Positions 36,301-48,997 of a DNA stretch of 64,000 nucleotides are shown one piece after another. Numbering within the stretch: the first letter of the stretch is position 1; every line of letters starts with the position of its first letter. Location of the stretch: NCBI GenBank assembly GCA_051313645.2, contig JBNRSN020000029.1, forward strand, positions 19,840,001-19,904,000, read 5' to 3'. This stretch comes from Centroscyllium fabricii (taxonomy: Eukaryota). The notes under the pieces are model-generated. The model was not told where the DNA came from. It was given only the letters and a program-made list of their open reading frames with translations, and did not search any database. The translations under genes and the position numbers were made by a program.

Positions 36301-37609
36301 GTAATTGTGATATTTGCACAGTGACAGGATCTGCGATATTGAAAAATTCACGGTACCTGTGATCTCAGTGCCTGTGATATCATTGCTGTAATATGATATT
36401 CACATACTTTCGGTACCTGTGATATTAGTGCAGTAATTCTGAAATTGATGCACTGAGCATACCTGTGATATCGGTTCTGTATTTATGATATGTACAGTGA
36501 CGTATATGTCATATCAGTGCTGCAACTCGTATACTTACATAGTGACTGTACCTCTGATATCATTGTTGGATTTATGATATATATCCGTCATTTTACCTGT
36601 GATATCAGGGCTATGATTCTGATATTGACACACTGACGTTACCGGAAATGCCAATGCTGTAATTCTGATGTTCCAATCCTGACTGTACCTTTGATAGTGT
36701 GGCTGTAATTAAGATATGTGCAGTAACGATTCTGAGACAGCGGTGCTGATATTATGTTATTTACACATACTGTTACTTTAATATCGTTGCTGTATACTGA
36801 TATTCACACACTGATTTTCGTGTGATATCAGTGATGTAATTTTGATATTTACGCACCGACTGCAGCTTTCATATCGATGCTGTAATTCAGATAAATTTCA
36901 GTGACCGTACTTTGTGATATCAGTGCTCGAATTCTGATATCCACACAGAGACGGTATCTTAGATATCTGTGCTATAATACTGATATTGCGACATTGGCTC
37001 TACCAGTGATATCGAAGCTTTAATGTTTTTTTTTGCAGAGTACCTCTCATATTCACGCATGGAATATAACAATGATTTCAGCTATTTATTTCTGATATTC
37101 ATACAGTGCCTGTGATAGCTTTGATTCAATTATGATGTTCAAAAACTGATTGTACCTGTCATATCTGTCCTTTAATTCTTTAATGAATGCACTGAGCGAC
37201 CGTTCGATATCAGTGCTGTATTTCTGATATTTACTCAGTATCTGTAGCTGTGATATCCATGCTGTAATGTTGGTACTTGACAATGATTGTACCTGTGATA
37301 TCGGAGCTTATTCTGAAATTGTCACAGAGTGACTTTAGCAGTCTATTCAGTGCGTTAATTTTGATATTCAAGCAGCGAATATTCCTGTGATATCAGGGCT
37401 TTAATTCGGATAATCAGACAGTTACTCTGCCTGTGAAATCATTTCTTTGTTTCTGATATTCACACACTGACTGTCCCATTTATATGAGTGCTGCAATTCT
37501 GATATTTATTCCCTGACTGTACCTCTGATATCGATGCTTTAATTTTGATATTTCTGTGACATTAGTGCTGCACTGTTATTTATACGGAATGTTACTTATA
37601 TATCGATTA

Positions 37610-40600
37610 TAGAACATAGAAAATAGAAAATAGAACATACAACACTGTACAGGCCCTTGGGCCCTCAATGTAGTGCCACGCTTAATCCGTCTCTGATTTT
37701 CCTGTCCCCCCTACTCTTCCTACCCCTCCATGTACCTATCCATCATCCTTTTAAAAGCTCCCAGACTGTCCGCATCCACTATTTCAGATGGTAGCCTATT
37801 CCACTCCCCGACCACTCTCTGTGTAAAGAACTTGCCCCTGACATCCCTTCTGAATCTTCCTCCTTGAATCTTGTGTTCGTGCCCTCTTGTTGTCGTTCTT
37901 CCCAGCCGGGGAAACAGTCTCTGCACGTTTACTCTATCGATGTCCTTCATCATCTTAAACATCTCTATTAAGTCCCCCCTCCTCCTTCTCCGCTCCAGGG
38001 AGAAGAGTCCCAGCTTCCTCAACCTCTCCTCGTACGACTTTCCCCCCATTCCCGGCAGCATCCTGGTGAATCTACTCTGTTCCCTCTCCAACGCCTCCAC
38101 ATCCCTCCTGTAGTACAGTGACCAGAACTGCACACAGTACTCCAAGTGTGGTCTCACCAGTGACCTGTACAGCTGCAGCATGACCTCCCGGTTCTTAAAC
38201 TCTATTCCCCTGTTGATGAAGGCCAATAAACCATAGACCTTTTTTACTGCCTTATCCACCTGGGTGGCAGCCTTCAATGATCTGTGTACATATACTCCCA
38301 GATCCCTTTGCTCCTCTGCTTCTCTCAGGACCCTGCCGTTTACCCTATATTCCCTATTCCTATTTGCCCTACCGAAGTGTATCACCTCGCATTTCCCCGT
38401 GTTGGACTCCATCTGCAATTCTTCAGCCCAGCTCTGTATGCTATCTATATCCCTCTGAAGACTTCTACTTCCTTCCTCCTCATCCACTACACCCCCAAAC
38501 TTTGTGTCATCTGCAAATTTGCTGACACTCCCCGTAGTCCCCTCCTCCAAGTCATTGATAAAGATTACAAATAGTAGTGGCCCCAACACCGACCCCTGTG
38601 GCACCCCACTGGAGACCGGTCTCCATCCCGAGTATTGGCCCTCTACCACTCCCCTCTACTTTCTCTGAGCCAGCCAGTTCTCAATCCATCCCACTACTTC
38701 TTTGTTTACCCCGCAACTCCTTACTTTCTTCATGAGTCGACCATGCGGGACCTTGTCGAACGCCTTGCTGAAGTGCATATATATGACATCAACCGCCTTT
38801 CCCTCGTCCACACACTTGGTCACCTCTTCAAAGAATTCTATCAGGTTGGTCAGGCACGATTTGCCCTTAACGAATCCGTGCTGACTGTTCCTGATTAATT
38901 TGCCCCTTTCTAGATGGTCGTAGATCCTGTCCCTCAGGACCCTTTCCATCAACTTTCCGACCAGCGAGGTAAGGCTGACTGGTCTGTAGTTCCCTGGCAC
39001 GTCTCTGCTCCCCTTTTTAAATATGGGAATCACATTCGCCTCTCTCCAGTCCTCAGGGACTATCCCCAGGATAGCGAGGAACTAAAGATAGAGGTCAGTG
39101 GCTCTGCGATTTCGTTCCTCGCTTCCCAGAGAATCTTTGGATATATCCCGTCCGGCACAGGAGATTTGTCTACCTTGAGTTTCTCCAAAATATCTAATAC
39201 CTCCTCCCTCTGAATATTGACTTCCCCCATCCTTTCCCCTTGTATCTTGCACTCCTCCTCTACTTTTAGTTCCCTCTCCCTTGTGAACACGGATGCAAAA
39301 TATTCATTTAGTGCTTCCCCAATTTCCTCTGACTCCGTGCACATTTCTTCCTTGCCGTCTTTGATCGGCCCTACTCTTATCCTAGTCATCCTTTTATTTC
39401 TTACGTAAGCATAGAAAGCCTTAGGGTTCTCCTTTATCCTTCCCGCTAATGCCTTCTCATGCCCTCCCTTTGCCTTCCTTAGCCCATTCTTCAGTTCTTT
39501 CCTTGCTTCTTTGTACTCCTTTCTGGACCATGCTGTACACTGCTTTCTCATTCTATCATATGCCTCCTTCTCCTTCTTTACTAAATGTTCTACCTCTTTC
39601 GTGATCCACGGTTCTCTCATCTTTCCCTTGTTTGCCATCCTACTCGGGACATGCTCACCCAGGGCTTTCATAATTTGCTCCCTGAACACTCTCCATTTTT
39701 CTTCCGTTCCACTCCCAGCAAGTTCCCGTTCCCAATAGAGGTTAGCTAAATCCTGCCTAACCCTGTCGTAATTTCCCCTCCCCCAGCTGTATACCTTACC
39801 CTGCCTCATGCTCCTATCCTTCTCCATTACTATTGTGAACGTCACCGAGTTGTGGTCACTGTCCCCAAAGTCCTCCCTTACCCCCAGTTCTACCACTTGG
39901 CCTGGTTCATTTCCCAGAACCAGGTCCAACGTTGCCCCACCACTTGTTGGTTCCTCCACGTATTGTGTCAGGAAACCTTCCTGAACGCATTGTATGAAAT
40001 TCACTCCATCTGCACGATTTGATCTACCAAGATTCCAGTCTATATTAGGGAAATTGAAATCTCCCATGATAACTACCCTATGTCCCCCACATCTATCCAT
40101 TATTTGTTGTTCAATTTCCTCCTCCACCTCCCTGTTACTATTTGGTGGTCTATAAAAGACTCCCACTAACGTTACCGCCCCTTTCCTATTTCTAAGCTCC
40201 GCCCATACTACCTCAGTACGTGTGTCCCCCTCAAAGTGTTTTTCTGTAGCTGTCACGCTGTCCTTGACCAGCAGTGCTACTCCCCCCCGAGTTTTCCTCC
40301 CTCCCTGCTCCTACAGAACTTTCTGTAGCCCTGAACCCCAAGCATCCAATCCTGTCCCTGCTCCAACCATGTCTCTGTAATGGCCATCACATCGAAGTCC
40401 CATGTCGCCATCCATGCCCCTAGCTCTCCTACCTTGTTTTGTATACTTCTTGCATTGAAGTAGGCGCATTTCAGTCCCCTGTCACTTCCCTGCGTCCTTA
40501 GTTCTCTCCCCTGTTCCTCGTTGTTCCCTGGTCTCGCCTCTGTTTCCCTGCCCGTTTCCCCATCCCCCTGGCCAATTTGTTTAAATCCCCCTTTATGGCC

Positions 40601-41060
40601 GAAGCGAGTTTCCCACCCAGAATGTTGGTGCCCCTTCGGTTCAGTGCAAGCTGTCCCAGTCATACAGATCCCGATTCCCCAGAAAGAGCCCCAGTTGTCC
40701 ACGGAATGTATGCCCGCCCTTCTGCACCAACCCTGTAGCCACGCCTTTATTTGCATTCTCTTTTTGTTTTTCCACTCCCTATCTCGTGGCACTGGTAGGA
40801 TCCCAGAAATTGTGGCATTATTAGTTTTGTCTCTCAGTTTCCTTCCTAGTTCCCTAAATTCCTGTTTGATGTCTTCTTCCTTTTTCCTCCCTATGTCGTT
40901 CGTACCTATGTGTACCACGACTTGCATTTGTTTAATCTCCCCTTTTAGAGTGCTGTAAACACAGTCCGAGATGTATTGGACCGTGGCACCTGGGAAGCAA
41001 CAGGACATTCTCGAGTCCCTTCTGCTCCCGCAAAACCTCCTATCCATCCATAAGGTTATA
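37610..41060 (-). mobile_element. Near-complete CR1 LINE (ORF1 esterase part plus ORF2 APE-RT broken by frameshifts)
   Basis: VVVHIGTNDIG (ORF1); YFNARSI, GDFNFP, GDSDHN (APE); [24 protein letters not shown] (RT); (TAGAA)n tail. Confidence 0.96.
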
Positions 41061-42564
41061 TTTTTCTTATGTTTACTCTGTGTTTGTAACAGTGATATCT
41101 GCACTGTACTTACACTATTTACACAGTGACTCTACCTGTGGTCGCAGTGCTGTACTTATGAAAATTACCGTGAATTTACCTGACATATCAGTGCTGTAGT
41201 ATGCTATTGACACACTCTCTATGCATGTGATATCAGTGCTGTATTTGTGATATTTACACAATCACTGCAGCTTAGATATCATTGCTGTAATTGTGATAAT
41301 ATACAATAACCGTACCTGTGATGTAAGTGCGGTAATTCTGCTATGCACACAGTAACGTTAACTTTGCTATCATTGCTGCAATTATGATATGCACACAATG
41401 ACTGCAGCTGTGATATTGGTGCTGTAATTCTGATATTTTGACAGTGACTGTGCTAATCATATGTGTGCTTTAATACTGTTATGTAGAATTTGACTAAAGC
41501 TGTGATAAAGCAGCTCAATTCTGATATGTACACAGTAGCTTTAGCTGTGTTATTAGTGCTTTATTTCTAATATTCACGCAGGGAATATACCTGTCACTTC
41601 AGGGCATTAATTTTGATATTCATACAGGTAATGTGCCTGTAACAGCAGTCGTTTAATTCCAATGATAACACACGGATTGTACTTGTGATATCAGTGCTGT
41701 AATTCCAATTTTAGCACACTGATTGTATCTGTGACATCTGTGCATTATTTCTGAAATTGACACATTGACCTGACATGTGAGCTCAGTTATATAATTCTGA
41801 TATTTACACAGTGACTACACCTGTGATATTAGTGCTGTAATTCTGATGTTTATGCAATTAATCTACTTATGATCTATCTACCGTCTTACTGATATTGAGA
41901 TGTTGACACTTCCTGAGCTATCGGCGCTTCATGCTGATATTTGCACAGTGGCTCCAGCTGTGCTATTAGTGCTGCATTTCTGATATTCACGCAGGGAATA
42001 GACCTGCGATTTCAGAGCTTTTATTCTGATCTCCATACAGTGACTTTGCCTGTGATGGAAAAGCATTAATTCCGACATTTACACACTGATTGTATATGAG
42101 ATATCAGTGTTCTTATTCTGAACTGTTTGCACTGAGCATAACTGTGATTTCGGTGCTGTAATTATATTTACAGTGACGTTTCTGTTGCAGCAGTGCTGCT
42201 AATCTATTACTTACAGCGACTGTTACGTTGATATAATTGATGTAATTCTTATTTTTACACAGTGACCGTATTTTTGATATCTGTGCTGTAATTCCGATAT
42301 TAACACATTGACAGTACCCGTGATATCTGTGCTGTTATCTGATACTCACACACTATCTGTGCCTGTGATATCAGGGCTGTAATTGTTATATGTACACATT
42401 GACTGCAGCCTCGATATCCTTGCTGCAATTCTGATAATTTTCATTCACTGTATCTGCAATATCAGTGCACCAATTCTGATCTTCATATAGTGACGATATC
42501 ATTGATATCATTGATGTAACTTTGCTATTAACACATTGACTGTAGCTGTGATATTAGAGTCATT

Positions 42565-44070
42565 GAGCCGTAGAATTATGCAGCACTGAAAGAGGCTCTT
42601 CGTCCCATCGCACCCTATCTATTCTAATCCAATTTTCCTGCATTTGGTCTGAAGCCTTTTATGCTATTGCATGGTAAGTGTCTTCTAACTGCTTCTTGAA
42701 TGTGTGCGGGTTCCTGCCTCTACCACCCTTTCCGGAAGTGAGTCCAAGATTCCAAACACACTTTGGGTGAAATACATCTTCCTCAGATCCCCGTAAACCT
42801 CCTGCCGCTTTCCTTGAATCTATGACCCCTTGTTAAGTACCCCTCTACTAAGTGAATATGTTCCTTTCTATCCAGTCTAACTATGCCCCATATAATTTTG
42901 TACACCTCAATCAGATCCCCCCTCAACCTTCACTGCTCCAAGTAAAACAACCCCAGCCGGTCCAGTCTTTATTAATAGCTGAAACGCTCCAGCCCAGGTA
43001 ACATCCTGGTGAATCTATGCATGCAACCTCACCAAATAAATCATATCCTTCTTATAATGTGGCGACCAGAACTGCACACAGTACTCCAGCTGTGGTCTTA
43101 CCAGCGTTTCGAACAGCTGCATCATATCCTCCCGGCACTTATATTCTATGTATCGGCTAATTAAGGCAACTAACCCATATGCCTGTATAACCAACTTATC
43201 CACCTGCCCTGCTGCCTTCACGGATTTATGTACATGCACACCAAGGTTCCTCTGATCCTCCGTCTTTCCTAGGGTCATACCATTCATTGTGCATTCAGTT
43301 GCCTTGTTAGTTCTTCCAAAATGCATCGCTTCACACTTTTCATGTTTAAATTACATTTGCCATTTTTGCACCCATCTAACCAACCCATCTATATCATTCT
43401 GCAGAAAGAGGCTTCCCTCCTCACTATTTACAGCCCCACAAACATTCGTGTCATCTGCGAACTTACTGAACATACCTTTTACATTCATATCCAAATCATT
43501 AATATAGACAACAAACAGCAAGGGACGCAGCACCGATCCCTGAGCTACCCCGCTGGGCAAAGGCTTCCAGTCACAAAAATAACTTTCGACAACCACACTC
43601 TGTCTTCAGCCACAAAGCCAGTTTTGGATCCAACATGCCAAAGTGCCCTGGATCTCATGGGCTCTTACCTTTTTGACCAGTCTCCTATGTGGGACTTTAT
43701 CAAAAGCCTTATTGAAATGCATGTATACCACATCCACACACCTATTCACCCCCTCGAAAAAATCAATCAACTTAGTCAGACATTATATTCCCTTGACAAT
43801 GCCATGCTGAATATCCTTGATTAATCCTTACCTCTCCATATGGAGACTAATTATGTCCATCAGAACTTTTAACAATAATTTACGTACCGCTGATGTTAGG
43901 CTTACTGGCCTGTAATTCCCTGGTTTTTCCCTATTACTCTCTTTGGTTAATGGTACTATGTTAGCTGTTATCCACTCATCATGGACACCGCTTTGGCCAG
44001 AGAGATAATGAAACTTTGTGTCATGCACCCTGAAATCATCTCCTTTGCCTCACACAGCTGCCTGGGATGC
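42565..44070 (-). mobile_element. Degraded CR1, RT half and 3' end
   Basis: PGNYRPVSLTS, SGVAQGSVL, SKFADDT, LVRPQLEYCVQFWSP motifs. Confidence 0.92.
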
Positions 44071-46597
44071 ATAATGTGGGACCCATTGGGCGTAGTATGA
44101 AAAGTATCCCAGGCAGCTTTTCAGGGACCAGTTACTGTGGTGGAGGGCGAGCTCCAGGAGGGGTCTCATGCGTCGGGGTCAGGGCGAATGACGCCATTTT
44201 CCATGTCACAACCCAGGATAACGAGGCCGGTGGTGCAGAACGCGCATTTCTCCTTGTTATAGGTGATGTTAAGGAGCTGGGCGACCTGGAGGAAGGTTGC
44301 CAGGTTGGCGGCGTGGTCCTGGATGTCATAGCTGCATATTGTGACGTTGTCGATGTAGGGGAAATTAGCCAGAAGCCCGTTTTGGTCGACCATCCGATCC
44401 ATCTCCCGTTGGAAGGCCGACACACCGTTGCTTTCGCCAAACGGGACCCTGAGGAAGTGGTAAAGACGGCCGTTCGCCTCAAAGGTGTGAACTGGCGGTC
44501 CTCGGGGCAGATGGGGAGCTGGTGATACGCCAACTTCAGGTCAATCGTAGAGAATACCCTGTAGTGCGCCATCTGTTTAACCGAGTCTGAGATGCGCGGT
44601 AGGGGGTATGCATCCAGTTGAGTAAAGCGGTTCATCATTTGGCTGTAGTCGATGACCAGGTGGGGCTTTGCGCCGGTCTTGACAACGACAACCTGAGCTC
44701 TCCTGTTGCTGGCCTAAATATCCCCCTCCTTCAGGAGGCGCTGAACCTCTGACTTGATGAAATGTCGATCCCCCATATTGTAGCGCCTGCTCTTGGTAGC
44801 TATGGGCTTTCAGTCGGGGGTGACGATAGCAAACAATCGAGGTGGGGCAACCCTGAGGGACGAGAGGCTACAACCCGTTTGTGTCAGCTGATTGAAAAAC
44901 TGCTGGCTGCAGACCGTGAGGTGGGGGGGGGGGGGCACCGTACTTTATGGTGACGCTATCGTGCTGGCTCTGGAAATCTAGCCCGAGCAGAACAGCAGTG
45001 CAGAAGGGGTGAGGATGAAAAGCTTAAATTCGTTATACATAGTACCATGCTCCATTAACGTCACAACACAAGACCCGCCGACCTCAGCCGTTTGTGCGTT
45101 AGAGGCCAGGGAGATCCGTTGGCGCGCCGGGAGTACCGTGAGGGAGAGTCGGCGCAACGTGTCCAGGTGGATAAAACATTCGGTACTCCCCGAGTCAAAC
45201 AGGCAGTTAACAGTGCGGCCATTTACCTCGATGTGCATGGTCGGTCTAACGAGCTGGTTGGGCCGAGCCTTGTCGAGGGTCATGGAGGGCAGCTGGGGCA
45301 GATGTAGATCCTCATCGAAATTCCCCTGTGAAAGAGCGGGGAGGACTGGCAGCGTTTATGCAGGCGCTGCCTGGATCAAAGATGGTGGCGACCGTTTTAA
45401 AGATTGCGGCGCCCAGAGTCCACATGCAGCCTGTTCAAGATGGCCGCATGATCCACGATGGCTGCTGCCAGGATCGGCATGTGGTGGGGTAAGATGGCGG
45501 CTCCAGGGTGCACATACGGTGCTGTTAGGGTTGGGGAGAATATTGCCTTAACAGACGTTCGCGTAGTGGCCTTCCTTCTGCAACTCGAGCACGTGGCGTT
45601 TCTCGCGCGGCAGCGCTGTCTGGGGTGTTTGGGGAGGCCGCAGAAGTTGCTTTTCTGCGCCCGGGACGCCGCTGCGGACGTTAGCAGGGCAGGCGCGGCG
45701 GTGGTCGATGATACCCATGATGGCTGTTCCCACGATGTCCACGAAGTCGTCAGCTGCTCGAACACATCCAGGTTCCGATGCGCTGCGTGCAGCGATTGCG
45801 CAGGGGCTGTGGCTCTTTTTAAATCGAGCCCGTCTTGCTCCAGGAGCCGCTGGCGTTTGTAAGTGGAGTGTATGCCCGCCACTATAGCATCGCGGATCAG
45901 GTCGTCCATGTTGGTCTGGGCCGTTACTTGCCGGTAGTGGCAGGCCGGCCCGAGTACCCGCAGCGCTGCAATAAAGTCTAAAATGGACTTGCCGGGCTGC
46001 TGCTTTCGGCTCAGCAGGAGGTGCCTAGCGTAGACCTCGTTGGTCGGGGCTGCGAATTGGTCCTTAAGTACTTGCAGGGCACTCACATAGGAGTTTTCAC
46101 CCTCAATCAGCGTACAGATGGCCGGGCTTACCCGAGACTGCAGGACTGTCAGCTTCCGGGCGTCCTTGGTGACGGTTTTGCTTGACTCTGCGAAAAACGA
46201 TTCGAAGCACTTGAGCCAGTGCGTGAAAGTCCGTGCTGTGTCTGGCGAGTATGATTCTAACTCCAAACGGTCGGGCCTTAATACTATGTCCATTGTTGAA
46301 AAATCTTGTTAATAAAATTGATGCACAATCAATTAATGTGAGACGAGGATAAAAGTAACTGAGGGTTTTATTAACAAGAACAGGAGTACAGATCTAGATG
46401 ATAGCTAGTCCTGGGAATGCCATGGAGTCGACATGTGGGTGGAGCCAGGAGCAGAGGCCGGCTGAGTCCTCCCAGGTCGACAAGTAGACAAGTGGTGACC
46501 CTGTCCAATAAAATACAGTGAATTATATACAAAAGGCAAGAGTGAACTATGTACGATACAGATTGGTGGTAAACAGTAATAACGGTTTACCACAACA
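44068..46597 (-). mobile_element. Ty3/Gypsy LTR retrotransposon, 3'-truncated: 5' LTR 46319-46597, gag 45397-46293, protease 44978-45283, RT ~44070-44760 (frameshifted)
   Basis: TG...CA LTR with AATAAA; gag with Cys/His knuckle remnants; CLFDSGS protease; LDAYPLPRI, FSTIDLKLAYHQ and YIDN RT motifs. Confidence 0.93.
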
Positions 46598-48997
46598 TGG
46601 AACAGCTATTGGGCCGATTACCCCTACAGCGAATAGGCTAGGGAGTTCTCATGCTGCGATTGTATATGTTCCATTTAGAAGGAACACAAATCCGTTATCA
46701 TCCCATTAGCATTTGACGACCCTATAGCTTTTGGTTGTTAACTGGAGATAGTAATAATTAAAGTGGTCACTTGATCTTTCCCCCGCTAACTTAAATGTAT
46801 CGAACGGAAAGCTCCAATCACCTGAGGACACATGGGTCCCATTGCACTGTCCACAAATTAATTGTCTTCCTGGTGTGATGTTGAGGCATCTTTGTTTGTC
46901 ACATTCACAAGCCAGGCATCCCTTGTGCACTCGACAGCGTTCATTAACACACAGTTTTTGGACATAAGTCTCGTTCTGGGGAACCAGGGCCTATACACAC
47001 ACCCATCCCCTACCCGTGAAACAGAGGGGATAGTTTCGTTTTGTTGTGCACTTGGGGCCTATAATCCCTCTGCAACAGGGGTCGGATGAGTTGCTTAGTA
47101 GGATGCATCACCGTGGAGTTCCCTGGCTATAGTAACCCGTGTGCCCCATGCAGGGAAGATTGTTTGTGTCGGCAGTATATAATGGGTGGGGGAGCCAGCT
47201 TAGGGTGGCCGCAAATAAGGCTTCTACTGACTTGGCCAGGGAAAAAAATCACTTGCGTTACCATAATGCTTATAGTGGGTTTGGTAAAAAAGGTTATCCT
47301 TTAGCCCTTGTACACACAATACCGTGACAATATATATAATCGCACTTTAATAACAGGTGGCTTTTTCAAGCGTCATTTTGTGGAAAATACAAGCAGAAAT
47401 ATAAACAGAGGCAGACATTAGACATCCGTTAAATTCACCAGGTTTGGGCCCTAGTATGCTAGGTTCTATAAGCCGGTTTCAACATGGCTGGTGTTCCATC
47501 CACGGGTCTTTTGACCTGTATTGATGGCTGGGTTTTTCTAATCCATCCCTTCTTTTCATGGTATAACATAACATTACTCATCAACACTATTTATTTAAAT
47601 CATTTCAATATCCGCGCATCTCATTAACCGCGGTGATCGGTCCCATATACGTTTAAACATATAGATTATTACGTATATTACCCAGATACAACATACAGAG
47701 ATTGCATAGCTAAAAGAGATCTGATCTACCGCTTGCGGTAAAAACTCACTTTCTTGGTAAGCTATTATTTTGGGATTACTCATGAGGCTTGTGTTATTGT
47801 TTTAACTGTGTCCAATGTTTGCAGACTCCCTTTCCTCTTATGTCCAGACAGGCACAGGTATCCCCGCTAATTATGATTTCATAAGGCCCCTTTCATTTTG
47901 GTGCAAAGCCTGATTTTTCCGGCAATGTTATTAACATCACACTGCTTCCTGCAAGGGGAAGCTGAGGTCATGTCAAGGAGTTCTCATCTTGCAGTTCCTG
48001 ATTGCCCATATACGTTTACTCATTCCTTCAGCTGCGAATTTAATTCCGTAATAAATCAATTCAATTTCTCTTTTAAGGTGCCGACTTCGGCTCCATCGGT
48101 TATGATGACTTCTGGTAATTGCATCGCTCGTCCTGTCATTAGTTCATAAGGTGTTAATCCGGTAGTTCTATATGCGGAAGCGCGCAATTTCATCAGGATA
48201 ATGGGCAGAACCTCTGTCCAAGTTTCCCCTGATGCTTCCATAGCCTTTGCCAAACTATTTTAAGCGTTCTATTAATCGTTTCTACCATTCCCAAACTTTG
48301 GGGATGGTATGGGATATGGAACTTCTGCTTGATTCCCATTAATTGGCATATAATTTTCATTATGGTTCCAGTAAATGGGTACCTTGCTCCGAGACTATAT
48401 GTACTAGTATCCCCCATCGTGGGATTACATCTTCAGCCAATATTCCGGCTACCGTCAGGGCAGTGCAGTTTCTTGTGGGGAATGCTTCCACCCATCGGGT
48501 AAATCAGTCAATTATAACGAAGCAGTACGTTTTTCCGTGAGAATTTGGAAGGGGTCCTGTGAAGTCAATCTGCAATTGCTCCCACAGTCCCTTTGGTCTT
48601 GGTTGGAGTCCCATCTTAATTTTGATGGGCCTCCCGGTGTTATATTGGACACAAGTGAGGCATTTTTGGCAATACCTCGCGATGTCTCGTCCCATGCCCT
48701 TCCACCACCATTCTGCATCAATTAACTTTGTCATGGTTTCTTTTCCAGAGTGGGCGAGCCAACGATTAATTTCCAATAAGATTCGTTGAACACATTCTGG
48801 TGCTATTACTTTACCATCCTTTCGCAATACGTTGGCCTCTCCTCTTGCAGCACCCTGTACTTCCCACGTACCTCTTTCCCTTTCAGTGGAGTCCCCATGT
48901 AGTTCGGCCAGACTGATTTCCTCTGTGGGCCTGTCTATACTTGCTGCTGGTTCTTCACCAATATCTATTGTCAGTGATTCCTGTGCTGCCTTGTCTG

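Larger units (their letters stand above)
23620..42560. repeat. Degenerate 46-bp satellite (consensus ~CACAGTGACTGTACCTGTGATATCAGTGCTGTAATTCTGATATTTA), interrupted by CR1 and Penelope insertions; a few units also at 22692-22845
   Basis: Period read directly from GTACCT at 25915, 25961, 26007 and 26053; the motif recurs throughout. Confidence 0.95.

Noticed and set aside
23620-42560. CACAGTG in the satellite unit as a V(D)J recombination signal heptamer
   Set aside because: The consensus has no ACAAAAACC-like nonamer at 12 or 23 bp, and there are no V/D/J coding segments in the window.
23620-42560. Satellite as a CRISPR-like array
   Set aside because: Units are contiguous and degenerate with no unique spacers; eukaryotic context with no cas genes.
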